Origin: a virus
DNA length: 64,000 nucleotides
Reading direction: 5' to 3' (one strand)
Virus record (IMG/VR): IMGVR_UViG_3300044620_000527
Span: 13,054-77,053 of that record
In this document: in pieces, positions 11,701 through 20,134 of the stretch
Position numbering within the stretch: the first letter of the stretch is position 1
Layout: each line of letters starts with the position of its first letter
Notes under the pieces: model-generated
Told to the model about the DNA's origin: nothing
Databases searched by the model: none
Seen by the model: the letters and a program-made list of their open reading frames with translations, nothing else
Translations under genes and position numbers: made by a program

Positions 11701-14700
11701 CGTTGCTTTTGGGAGCTAATCTAAATTGGATGTATGAAGACAATTATAGATTAGATAGCAATGGACAAGCAATAAGAGTAATAAAAAATATAACTCCAAC
11801 ACAATCTGTTACTCTTTGCACAGATCCTTGCTACCAAACAGCCGCTTGTTATCAATCTCCTAGATTGGTTGATTCCGTTTTTTCCGAAATGATGTCAATT
11901 GATGGTGAATGGGGTCCAGCATTAAGACAAAATGATCCATTCCCAAATAACAATGGAAGCAGAAATTACGATTATATTACTATAAATGAACAAGTATTTA
12001 CTGCTCAACCTTATGATCCAAATAAACCTATAGATTATTCTTACGATTATTTTGGAAATTATGTAATTGAAAGTACACAAATACCAGCAAGTTTCTGGGT
12101 AAGAAGTACCACTCAAAACGGAAGACCAGATTTAGCATATAATTACGACGAACAAGGAACACTGGGTAATTCAACAAATTATTCTTCAGTTGCAACAGGT
12201 TGGTCGCCAGTATTATTCTGGACAACGGAGGATGGAACCTTAAAATGGTCAACAACTATTCCGGTGTATTCTGGTTATAATTTAATTCCTCCAACAGAGT
12301 ATCAATCTTTAAAGTATAAACAAATAACTGTTGGTTATGGACAAGTATACGGTTTAACTACAAATGACACAATTGTTGGTTGGGGTGGAGATGGTAGTGT
12401 AAAAAGAAATACAGAATTCTTCATGCAACAATTGAGATATATGCAACGATCTGGTGAAAAATTACACGAAGTAAAAATAAAGAAGATTGCTGCTGGTGCA
12501 GGACATTGCAATGTTCTGATGGAAAATGGTGAATTGTTTGTATTTGGAGGAAATGAAGGAGCACAATTGAGCGATCCAAACACAGTTTGGACACCAATTG
12601 GATTGATTCCACTTCCAGTTGTTAATGATGCTCTTTATATTACAAATCCGGTTCCTTATACCTATTACAAATACGAACAAGATAAGTCATCTTATTTGGT
12701 TTCATTTGGTAGTTCTGAAAATGTCGGTACAAGTAATGCATGTGTACCAACACCAGTGGGTAGTATAAAATATAGATTGTTTAGAAACAATTTGTTAGGT
12801 TGTGATATACATGAAGGCACGCCAAATGGTAGATATGATACTCCTTATGTGAGAGGAACATCTTCATATCCGAACGATACATATCCACCAACTGGAAGTG
12901 CTGCTTGGAGTGGGTTGATTGATTGGTCCACCCATACTGGTGCTCCATATGATTATCAATTCTCTAGAGCAACCGTAGGAAATCAAGACAGTCCAAACTA
13001 TAGTTTAAATGGTTCTTGGACAAGAAGTGATAGACGTTTGCCAATGGTTCAAGCAAGCGGAGGAACTTCTTTAGGATATACTAATGCTGCTGGGCAACAA
13101 ATTCCAAATTCTCTATTCGGTACTTCTGGAAACAAATATACAGATGTTGTTGCCGGACGAACGCACACAATTGCATTAACACAAAATGGAAATATAGAAA
13201 CTTGGGGTTGGAACTGGTATTACACAATAACCGGAAGTGGTCCTCATGATGGATCTTTGGGTTGGAATAGAGTTGGTGCGGGTAATCCAAATGCAGATTC
13301 AGACTCAGATCCAATCACAAAAGCAGCACCATATGGATATAATACAGCCCCCGCAGTAAAATTGCTTAAAACCACTTTGGGTTCAGTTAAAGCAATTGGT
13401 GCTGGTTATTATACAAATCAAGTCATAAAAAATGACGGTAGTGTATTTGCTTGGGACAGAAATGAATGGGGAGAATCTTTACCGTTCTTCAATTCAGACG
13501 AAACTGCTGGTCTACCAACAGGCAAATTTAAACAAATTTGTGGTTCCTATCACCACACAATCGCACTCCGTGAAGATGGAACAGTTGTATGTTGGGGTGA
13601 AAACAGATATGGAGAATGTGATGTGCCGGCTTCATTAAAGAATGTAAATACGGCAGATTGTGTATGGATTGGTAGTTGCGCTTACGTTTCTTTGGCTCTA
13701 AAGAGAAACGGCGATTTGATTGCATGGGGTAGAGTAACCGATTTGAAGGCTGGTGCGGTTTCTGGACAAAAACTTTTAGATGAAAAAATATTCCTAAATC
13801 AAAATAGTCCATTTGTTCTGGGTTATGAATATCCAGTAAAACACTCAAATCTTTCTTTAGAAATTAAGAGTGCAAACGATGCGCCTCATGTAAGAAATGA
13901 GCCAGGAAATATGTTTAAATACACCGGATTCTTATTTGCTCCGGTGAGAAAAGACGATGGATGTGCAGATCACGTTTATTTCTCGTTGTTCCAAAAAATG
14001 TTGGAAAACGAAAAAGAAATGGCAGATTATCAATATTTTGTAAATAATTTACCAAACGTGCCTTCTTGTGTTCTACAAAGTTCTGCTTGGAATAATTATC
14101 ATGCAGATGAGTATGTAAACGGAGAATATAGACCAAAATATGTTTTAGTAAATTATGAAGCAGAATTGGTAGATCAAATAAGATCCGTCAATGCAACCGG
14201 CAGAAAAGTTCTTGCAGATGGAACAAAAGCATATGTTACAATTGAAGGTCAACCCATAAATGAAAATCTATGGCAAAGAGTTGTTTCATATGTAAAATTA
14301 ACAAGAAAAATGAACCATTACATACGTCAAGTGTTTGGTAATCAAGCAAACATTGCACACTATGACATGTATGCTGTTCCATTCTATCAAGATTGGAAGG
14401 GCGGTGGACAATGGTATCCCAATAATGGAATACTATTCAGTCAAGAGTATCAAGTAACAGAATGTGCGTATTGTGATGAATTGTTACCAGATTATCCTGG
14501 TCATGCTGTATATAATAATCTACCAAATAGTGAAAAATTAATTTGGATTGAAAAGGCAGTCAAAGCACTTCAAGATAAAGTGTTTAGAATGGCAAAAGCA
14601 ATATCAAAAATGTGTTTGTTTGAAAATGCTGAAGGTGAACCCGATACTTTAGATTTAAGAGAAGATTTATCTAGTTTAATGCCTCAAATCGATCCAAGTA

Positions 14701-17687
14701 ATTTTATCATAACAGGATTAAACCATTATCCAAATTCAGTTCATGGTGCTTTGGCAACCAATACACACAAGTATTACACTTGCACAAGTAATGGTTTTAA
14801 CACAACAGCACAAGTTGAATCATTAAATGATGCGGAATCAAATAGAAGTAGAGAAATGTCGATTCACTTTAAAGAACAAGGAAGAGTTGGTTTATTCAAT
14901 AATCAACGTTCCGGTAAATTCTTTTCACCGTTCGTGCAAGGAGTGTGTGGTTCTGACGTTGCGGAATCCTTCTACGAATTTTACAGTTCCAGTGATCCAA
15001 ATAATGCTGGTTATAAAAAATCTTGGACAAGTTTTAGATTTGACGCCCAAGAAATATCAACATTACCAACCACAACAACTAATCCATCACATCCCGCTGG
15101 AACAAGAATTTATACAAATAAATCATCACCAAAGAGTGGTTTAAGAAGAAGTTTTGCATTAGACTTCCCAATAATTAGCATCAATAATGATTTGTGTGCT
15201 AAATTGAATCTAAATTCTGCTATAAAGCAAAAAGACGAAATAATTTGGTCAGATAATACTACTTCAAATTATGTTGCAACTAAATTGAATTATATGATAA
15301 CTGCAACAGAAGGTATTTACGAACAACCAAGACCATGTGCTCAAAACGAAACGCCACATGCTGGTTGCCGAGATATTGTAAATAATCCCTATGTAAAACC
15401 AACAATATTTGATCATACAACAAAAATAAGAAAAAATGATTATGATACTTTCCAATGCAGTACAAATCCTGGCAATAGTGATTACAGTCCAAATTGTAAA
15501 AATTATTGTTATGCTAATCCAGTAACTCCAGACAGAGGTGCTGCATCGATATTGAGTATACTTTCCACCAGAAAAATAGCATATGAACTTGCTGTGGAAT
15601 ATGCAAGTTATGATGATATGGTCGCAGTGCCCTACGAGGACTTAACTAATGATCCATATTGGACTGGATACTATGGTAAATTTGCTCGTTTTGATCCATT
15701 TATAACAGAACCTCCGGCCACAATTCAAGAAGCGTCAAATTATGCAAATTACGATGATACAACATGGCCCAATATTAGACTATCAGAAACTGCAAAACGT
15801 GTCCAAGGTCTTTCTATAATATTGAGTTTCCGTAAAGATGGATCGTTGCATAAATTTATGAAAAACCAAGAGCAAACTCACATTAGAGATTGGCCTCAAC
15901 CACCGGCACAATTTAATGTAGATCGTAGACCTGGAGTAGCGTGTACTTTACCAGTTGCTGGTGGAAATAACACATACTTGTCGTTTACAGGAGACAACCA
16001 AAATGCAAATGCATTGTGGGTGAAGGATACCGGTATACAAAAAATTATAGAAAATTATTTAGAATATAATTATAATAGAGGATATAGAAGATTCTTAGTT
16101 TGGGTTCCATGTGGTTATTCAACTACATATGGACCAGGATATACTTCAGCAATAACTTCTGCAATGAAGCACAGAGTGTATACTGGTGGTATTATCAATC
16201 CATCCGAAGCATGTTGGCATGGTAATAATCTTCCAATAGATCCTGCAACTGGTCTAAGAATACCACAAACGGTTCAGCAAGCACAAAGCACAACACTAAC
16301 ATTTAATGAAAACGGAAGATTGAATGAATGGTTAACTCAGTTAGGTGCTTGGATTGCTGCACACCCACAAGCGGATGTTGGCTTGTATATCGGATATGCA
16401 ATACCAACATTAAACGGTACACCAGTTGGTGATATTGGAATTAGTGGGGATCTTGGAAATGGTTCTTCTGGACAAAATGCACAATCTGGTAGAGGATGGC
16501 AAACTCCAAATCCAGCGAATAATGCAATTCACGCACAATTCTTAAGAAATGAATTACAACCTTGGATTGATATTGGAATTAATTTCTTAGCGATAGATGC
16601 TGGACCTGGAATGTTTAATTATGAAAATGGTGGTAGTGTATCGTATGGACCAAATGCTGCGTCAAGACAAGCCGTAGGTGACTACAAGGCTTGGTTGATT
16701 GAAGAGTTTGGTTTAAAGACAGTAATGGCAGAAGCCCTTGCTATCGATCCAAGAGCACCAATATTAGATGAATTTAATAAAGTTGCAAATACTAGTTATC
16801 CAAGAAAAACATTAATGAAAATTGATCTAACTGAGGAAATTTGTAAGGGAACTGCTGTTCCTTCACAAAGTGAGGCAGGAGATCCTTTCAATACAGTATA
16901 TACCGACGATTGTTGGTACAATAAAGGTAGAGAGAGATATAGAAAACTAGATGCTAGTGGAAAAGATTATAGAACAGAATCAGGTGATCCTAATGATTTA
17001 GTTTATTCTTCTGGTGCTTATCAATACTGTCCTTATTTAATTTTGTTAAACGGTTACTTAAATCAAGGAGAGTGGAATATTGGAAAAGAAAATGAAAGTG
17101 GAATAGGAGGATTTGCTGGTCTAGATCCAAATAATATGTTCTCTTGGTATAGAAGAAACACTGAAATAGGAGTAATTGTAGAAAATTACTACTTATTAAG
17201 TTCAGAATTGCGTAAAGTTTATAGAGATAATTTTACAAATTGGCAAGGTTACGGAAGATTGTGGGAAACTTCTCCAGCATGGCACGATCAAGGACTTGCC
17301 ACACCAACAGCAGCAGTAAGTTCTTCTAATCTAATTGGTCCACACGACGGCAGACAACACACAAGAGATTCTGAATTCTACAATAGAGTTAGAAATGAAA
17401 TTTTTGCAAAAATTAAAAACTATATTGATAGAGGTTACGTCTACTGGGCGTCCATAGGAAAACTTGATGGACAACTGAATAAAGATGTGGATCAAGATGT
17501 AAGAACTTATGTTGATGCTGTAGAAATTGACTATGGCAGTTATGCTCAAGATGAAATAACAGAAAATGAGCAACCACCACAAAGAATTTACAACACAAAT
17601 TCACCAAATAAATATGCAGCAGATGAAATCTTGTTTGAAAATTTCATAAATACATCAACAAGTACTGACGAAAGCACAGAGGGTTAA
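5757..17687 (+). CDS. Giant (3976 aa) multi-domain virion-associated protein: SGNH esterase, right-handed beta-helix, RCC1/BLIP-II repeats and putative TIM-barrel domains
   Basis: SGNH/CE6-like motifs FIITGESNAGG, GFELGFA, IGINDA and DFVHWD. Beta-helix start YVSVNDGND...GPVKTLQKA...IRGGTY, followed by parallel beta-helix repeats. RCC1-like repeats AAGAGHCNVLMENGELFVFG and GSYHHTIALREDGTVVCWGENRYGECDVP. Located between gp7 and gp8. Confidence 0.75.
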   Translation: MPNINSNIQKQSVQGFLGSFLNNPNNIFNQALGSLPDAPPTPTDEVQQETDNTVNPDPVLFIITGESNAGGFAYNGSALASELNQRNNVQILNNNNLTFESLRFGFNGNNFLGHLPQPPYADVTDASYWNAYPWGTTAVGGYPHGFELGFANEVDSGYFGNSEVYLCKVAMGGSTVFDWDTDSNTTTGYWEKFVERVDAAKAQVGASANIFICLTIGINDAYAFDRAHAPGNLYENGKIKQWVDTGIWEDPFTEEDIESWKTQMRAHFTNMRNAVGFNAPILITYLMDRVPIFQKFNVAIGELANEDNLLYWVKTSDASLNADSIWNNTVNFRNKDFVHWDYSGMKLIASRFTYLATEVFGLNDQYDQSLINPPAQDEADLSTNIDAADYEVFAAAWIREVDENATSVVPMIWVDNMGGWVGTTTTDNEAWTNEYVSAINYTNFKNKLLEVPQGRRVLQTTFWSAAPVNVNWSPLTYIDYYADLEGISVNNTNLKYPDFTQSQKLPFSAWHENIIADAKTSVNQFFARCAADGLSFDYITDNSIYTDGANPNIWTISQQQAIGTCGGNATYNIYVSVNDGNDSWSGENPSVGGLTGPVKTLQKAADLAKNYTGPLNIEIRIRGGTYKILGTSSNPVFYLNESYSGTNGRTITYKPYKNEEVIISGDEEIAWTEFTALNSSDPLWSRLAHNPTAQANVYVADVTDYDLGQYPPAWRGMPQATSGYKTGLTGVPGGQAAEMWSGQPAVPDLIYNDTAMTVSRWPKKTSFSGYSFDECAHIENLSTAIIDTGTEGVCWNDPVACASKRQGKFKYECFHENYHDVISRWAVNSGTDEQPFDDIYLFGFWRFEWAEETFKLVNIDLDDREFTVRSQNSHYTITNTHYCYSGSDLGRGYANPTPRRWYAFNVPTEIGPGEYYIDRTNKKLYFYPPTALSSSSKISLTHRALTGPGSIYFQSHDVIQSEHQHYGSDPNHPNNTFKYPGWVNSPLGWDSNGGGTQSRDIMNNKDVIHSLFKLYKVKNVNIVGLTFKNCAGSAIDTQLCENINIKQCKIYNMKLDGICSQGGINVVIDSCDVHDVMMNGIVNTGGNPQTLEPANNVVTKCRIQRYGISAPSACAGVIINGVGNTASKNLFKDGARAVQLQGSKNIVEYNHFYELLKDQEDYGVVYGGGDVLTFGSKIRYNFFNTCGSRLPGGREWYNKYDTTDPFPYGCRDQQHQLSVGVYSDAYQSGWEIFGNVFYNHGLPSSLAPDGPVVQGWCVNIGGGPRNSIENNIFINSTGSQTNSAAGSFIVNPALTNFNYLYKDLEWTYLNPNNIVYQPFGYTDGPARGYNFWNYLASHGLNRWNDGVGFTTTVDITNAAYTEQAPWIAGDVKIETINGVRTFTGFKDVQQYANLKATVKNNVLINHYGFINGKSIILNMTNSNGGTYPNMDTNPPTGGFDVTNTVTFANLETFAGFTNPSTSNFKLTSNGLTKIREQIPQFTDINFDLIPSSSYVPQAYVAQTENYACNLRHYTGTVDFANPNILESIVTDPRFTTTVNPVNGKTLEQDFMDRYEYCVTKNNTTDRTIYPYYSTSWYNSAEPNAYDAFAPMFGWLYSAQPEYDMEVPPWGTSSNNAATRAWTAVLTDWGNLYYRLELFKDPLVDNGFTNVKISLDGHYPVSETEMEFMDMDNLWIEAPREDSADSMIAPHIYAELGTTAFNLYGYKINPENDDQKYKFAKLPQGVAVEGFERYTSPAWLAFLIDMKRIRGVINSSETAWQRLTPWLISKKWCVAERFRFCAANGGEYADAYWKEAVFHACLHGTLYFNYFNYDKSDTLDLHEVLDEWRENSNNSRVQPVVKTKIPVNTSVFVSGGKLLNSNRYLWRLTAKPSTSVTLRAFGSSTTRSDIPQTITLDANSRGAWLLTASSVPPIYILDEGGQQETVDLEYVTMIDTNFTTFLHKNKAMGGGANHDYGSGIGLDAQGKSISPINYLYESGQTVSLLLGANLNWMYEDNYRLDSNGQAIRVIKNITPTQSVTLCTDPCYQTAACYQSPRLVDSVFSEMMSIDGEWGPALRQNDPFPNNNGSRNYDYITINEQVFTAQPYDPNKPIDYSYDYFGNYVIESTQIPASFWVRSTTQNGRPDLAYNYDEQGTLGNSTNYSSVATGWSPVLFWTTEDGTLKWSTTIPVYSGYNLIPPTEYQSLKYKQITVGYGQVYGLTTNDTIVGWGGDGSVKRNTEFFMQQLRYMQRSGEKLHEVKIKKIAAGAGHCNVLMENGELFVFGGNEGAQLSDPNTVWTPIGLIPLPVVNDALYITNPVPYTYYKYEQDKSSYLVSFGSSENVGTSNACVPTPVGSIKYRLFRNNLLGCDIHEGTPNGRYDTPYVRGTSSYPNDTYPPTGSAAWSGLIDWSTHTGAPYDYQFSRATVGNQDSPNYSLNGSWTRSDRRLPMVQASGGTSLGYTNAAGQQIPNSLFGTSGNKYTDVVAGRTHTIALTQNGNIETWGWNWYYTITGSGPHDGSLGWNRVGAGNPNADSDSDPITKAAPYGYNTAPAVKLLKTTLGSVKAIGAGYYTNQVIKNDGSVFAWDRNEWGESLPFFNSDETAGLPTGKFKQICGSYHHTIALREDGTVVCWGENRYGECDVPASLKNVNTADCVWIGSCAYVSLALKRNGDLIAWGRVTDLKAGAVSGQKLLDEKIFLNQNSPFVLGYEYPVKHSNLSLEIKSANDAPHVRNEPGNMFKYTGFLFAPVRKDDGCADHVYFSLFQKMLENEKEMADYQYFVNNLPNVPSCVLQSSAWNNYHADEYVNGEYRPKYVLVNYEAELVDQIRSVNATGRKVLADGTKAYVTIEGQPINENLWQRVVSYVKLTRKMNHYIRQVFGNQANIAHYDMYAVPFYQDWKGGGQWYPNNGILFSQEYQVTECAYCDELLPDYPGHAVYNNLPNSEKLIWIEKAVKALQDKVFRMAKAISKMCLFENAEGEPDTLDLREDLSSLMPQIDPSNFIITGLNHYPNSVHGALATNTHKYYTCTSNGFNTTAQVESLNDAESNRSREMSIHFKEQGRVGLFNNQRSGKFFSPFVQGVCGSDVAESFYEFYSSSDPNNAGYKKSWTSFRFDAQEISTLPTTTTNPSHPAGTRIYTNKSSPKSGLRRSFALDFPIISINNDLCAKLNLNSAIKQKDEIIWSDNTTSNYVATKLNYMITATEGIYEQPRPCAQNETPHAGCRDIVNNPYVKPTIFDHTTKIRKNDYDTFQCSTNPGNSDYSPNCKNYCYANPVTPDRGAASILSILSTRKIAYELAVEYASYDDMVAVPYEDLTNDPYWTGYYGKFARFDPFITEPPATIQEASNYANYDDTTWPNIRLSETAKRVQGLSIILSFRKDGSLHKFMKNQEQTHIRDWPQPPAQFNVDRRPGVACTLPVAGGNNTYLSFTGDNQNANALWVKDTGIQKIIENYLEYNYNRGYRRFLVWVPCGYSTTYGPGYTSAITSAMKHRVYTGGIINPSEACWHGNNLPIDPATGLRIPQTVQQAQSTTLTFNENGRLNEWLTQLGAWIAAHPQADVGLYIGYAIPTLNGTPVGDIGISGDLGNGSSGQNAQSGRGWQTPNPANNAIHAQFLRNELQPWIDIGINFLAIDAGPGMFNYENGGSVSYGPNAASRQAVGDYKAWLIEEFGLKTVMAEALAIDPRAPILDEFNKVANTSYPRKTLMKIDLTEEICKGTAVPSQSEAGDPFNTVYTDDCWYNKGRERYRKLDASGKDYRTESGDPNDLVYSSGAYQYCPYLILLNGYLNQGEWNIGKENESGIGGFAGLDPNNMFSWYRRNTEIGVIVENYYLLSSELRKVYRDNFTNWQGYGRLWETSPAWHDQGLATPTAAVSSSNLIGPHDGRQHTRDSEFYNRVRNEIFAKIKNYIDRGYVYWASIGKLDGQLNKDVDQDVRTYVDAVEIDYGSYAQDEITENEQPPQRIYNTNSPNKYAADEILFENFINTSTSTDESTEG
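17645..17652 (+). promoter_or_regulatory. Putative late promoter (CATAAATA) for gp8, inside the end of the giant ORF
   Basis: NATAAATA match 36 nt upstream of the gp8 ATG. Confidence 0.55.
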
Positions 17688-17688
17688 T

Positions 17689-20127
17689 ATGTCAAATTTC
17701 AGACAAAGAGGAAGAGAAAATAATGCTAAAGTATTTTTGAATGATTTTAATCAATCAAAAAGCAGTTCGTATTTTGTTTCTATTGGTAATGCTGTAACTT
17801 CTTCTACAGCATCCTCTTCCCGATTTGCGGATTGTGTGGAAACAGATCAGTATACTTGGGATAATATGTTTGTTATGAATGAAATATTCAGAACAGATGT
17901 ATCATTAATGATTAAAAAAATAGATTGGATTTCTGGAACGCGGTATGAGGCTTTCGATAAAAGCAAAAATCAATATGAATTAAATGAAAAGTTTTATGCA
18001 TATAATAACACCAACAACAGTGTTTATTTGTGTCTTGCTAGTCCAGAAAACGAAAATGCATTTAGTACATATGCTCCAACAAGCGAAACCATAGAACCAG
18101 AAATAAAACAAGATGGTTATACGTGGAAGTTTTTGTATAAATTAAGTGATATTGATTTGGAAAAATTTGATTATCCGGGATTTATACCAGTTAAAGAAAT
18201 AGGAACTGATCTCTATACAGATGAACGAATTTTACAACAAAATGTACAAGCAAATACAATCAGAGGTGCGGTTGAAGCAATTGATGTTGTTGTGCAAGGA
18301 AGCGCATACAATGGAGCAGTAAACGCAAATTTTGAAAATGCATTTTATGCAATACAAAGTGTGGTGCAAGAAACAGGTGAAGATGGTACAGTAAGTCTTT
18401 CAGTAATAGTAGATGATGCTTTGCAAGAATTAAATAAAACACAAAATTTTTACAAAGACAAATATGTAATTAATTTTGAAAATGGATATACTGCGGTATT
18501 GGATGGAAGTGGATTCAATAATAATGGAGATTTCCAAATTGACATTTGTACGGATCAAATAGTTCAATTTGGTCCAACTGGAACACTACCACCAACTACA
18601 GTACAATTTAGAATTTTACCAGCAATTAAAATAATTGGTAATGGTAATGACGCTTGGGCTATTCCTACATTAGATGCTGCTAAAAAATTAACAAAGATTA
18701 AAATGTTAAAAATTGGATCTAATTATAGTTATGCAGAAGCAAGAATATTAGTCTCAAATGGTACAGTCTTAAAACCAATCATTGGTTTAAATGGTCTAAC
18801 TTCAGATATTACTCAAATATTAGGCGCAAAGCATGTTATGATTTCTAAAAAAATCAAACCAGTAACAACTTTGTCGGAAAGTGATCCAGTAATTTATTCT
18901 TTACCGGAAAATATAGGATTAGTATATGAGGGACCTCAGTATAAAAATGTAATAACACCAAATACATTTTATACTCAACTTGCATTAATTAAAAGTCCAA
19001 AAATTCTAAATGAAGATAATTTAGAAGAAATCGCAGGAACACAAATAATAGAAGTTAGAGAAATGGTTTTGGATGCTATTAATCCCAAAATAACAATTAC
19101 AATAGGAACAGCACAAAATCCATATGTCAATCCTAATGATTTTTTTGAAGTAAATGATATTATTGTTAGAGGACCCGATAATCTTCCAGATCAATTTAGA
19201 GCAAAAATAACGGATGTAATGGTAACAGGTTTCAGTACAATATTGGTTTGTGATTTGATCAACGGCGCATTTGAAACATATTCTGGTTATAAGATTAAAA
19301 ACTTAAAAGAAACTACTGAAACTATAGATGATTCATTTTTTATATTTTTAGATTGTGACAATAATTGTTCAAAAGCAATAAAAGTTCAATATGAAAATAC
19401 GTTTTTACAAACCGATTTTATTAATGATGATTCGGTTTATGGTACGGTAAGTTATGAAACGGCTGAAATAAAACAACCATTAACTGGTTATGCATATGTA
19501 AATCCACTATATCCAACAAAAGCAAAAATAAAAGTAAATAATCCGGGAACAGGATTTATACCAGCAAGATATGAAGATGGTGAATATATCCCCGGTGAAA
19601 TTATAACTTCTATAGTAACTGTGGAAAATCAAACTAGAGCAGTAACAAGAGGGACTTTGGTTTCTATAAGCGATCCCATAGAATATATTGGAGAACAAAC
19701 TTTAGGTTATTCTTATATTTTGGAGTGTGTAATTGATAGAGATGGGATAGATACTGCTTTTGAATTAGTGAATTCTGATAATATCTCACTGGAAACCAAT
19801 ACATTAATTCGTCAAGGAACAACAGGTTCTTTAGGAAAAATAATAAGAGTTGGAATTCCTTCCGGTACTGGGGATGCAAACATAGTCTATTTGTATGTAA
19901 ATAATTACAATGGTCCATTTTATGCGGATGGACAAACTAAAATTTACAAAATAAATAGTTTATATGAACCAACTGAATATGTTGATATGAAAATGACCGT
20001 ACAAAATATACTTTACCAACCAAAGTTAGTGCGTTACTCTGGTAATTTGTTATATATAAATGATGTAGGGCCTGTGCAACGTAAGTTGGAAAATACAGAA
20101 AATATCAAACTATTAGTGGAGTTCTGA
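17689..20127 (+). CDS. gp8: Baseplate wedge subunit gp8 (extended form)
   Basis: W.SGTRY..FD, VYLCL and DGYTWKFLY motifs; C-terminal YSGNLLYINDVGPVQR...ENIKLLVEF typical of gp8. Confidence 0.85.
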   Translation: MSNFRQRGRENNAKVFLNDFNQSKSSSYFVSIGNAVTSSTASSSRFADCVETDQYTWDNMFVMNEIFRTDVSLMIKKIDWISGTRYEAFDKSKNQYELNEKFYAYNNTNNSVYLCLASPENENAFSTYAPTSETIEPEIKQDGYTWKFLYKLSDIDLEKFDYPGFIPVKEIGTDLYTDERILQQNVQANTIRGAVEAIDVVVQGSAYNGAVNANFENAFYAIQSVVQETGEDGTVSLSVIVDDALQELNKTQNFYKDKYVINFENGYTAVLDGSGFNNNGDFQIDICTDQIVQFGPTGTLPPTTVQFRILPAIKIIGNGNDAWAIPTLDAAKKLTKIKMLKIGSNYSYAEARILVSNGTVLKPIIGLNGLTSDITQILGAKHVMISKKIKPVTTLSESDPVIYSLPENIGLVYEGPQYKNVITPNTFYTQLALIKSPKILNEDNLEEIAGTQIIEVREMVLDAINPKITITIGTAQNPYVNPNDFFEVNDIIVRGPDNLPDQFRAKITDVMVTGFSTILVCDLINGAFETYSGYKIKNLKETTETIDDSFFIFLDCDNNCSKAIKVQYENTFLQTDFINDDSVYGTVSYETAEIKQPLTGYAYVNPLYPTKAKIKVNNPGTGFIPARYEDGEYIPGEIITSIVTVENQTRAVTRGTLVSISDPIEYIGEQTLGYSYILECVIDRDGIDTAFELVNSDNISLETNTLIRQGTTGSLGKIIRVGIPSGTGDANIVYLYVNNYNGPFYADGQTKIYKINSLYEPTEYVDMKMTVQNILYQPKLVRYSGNLLYINDVGPVQRKLENTENIKLLVEF

Positions 20128-20134
20128 GGAAACC

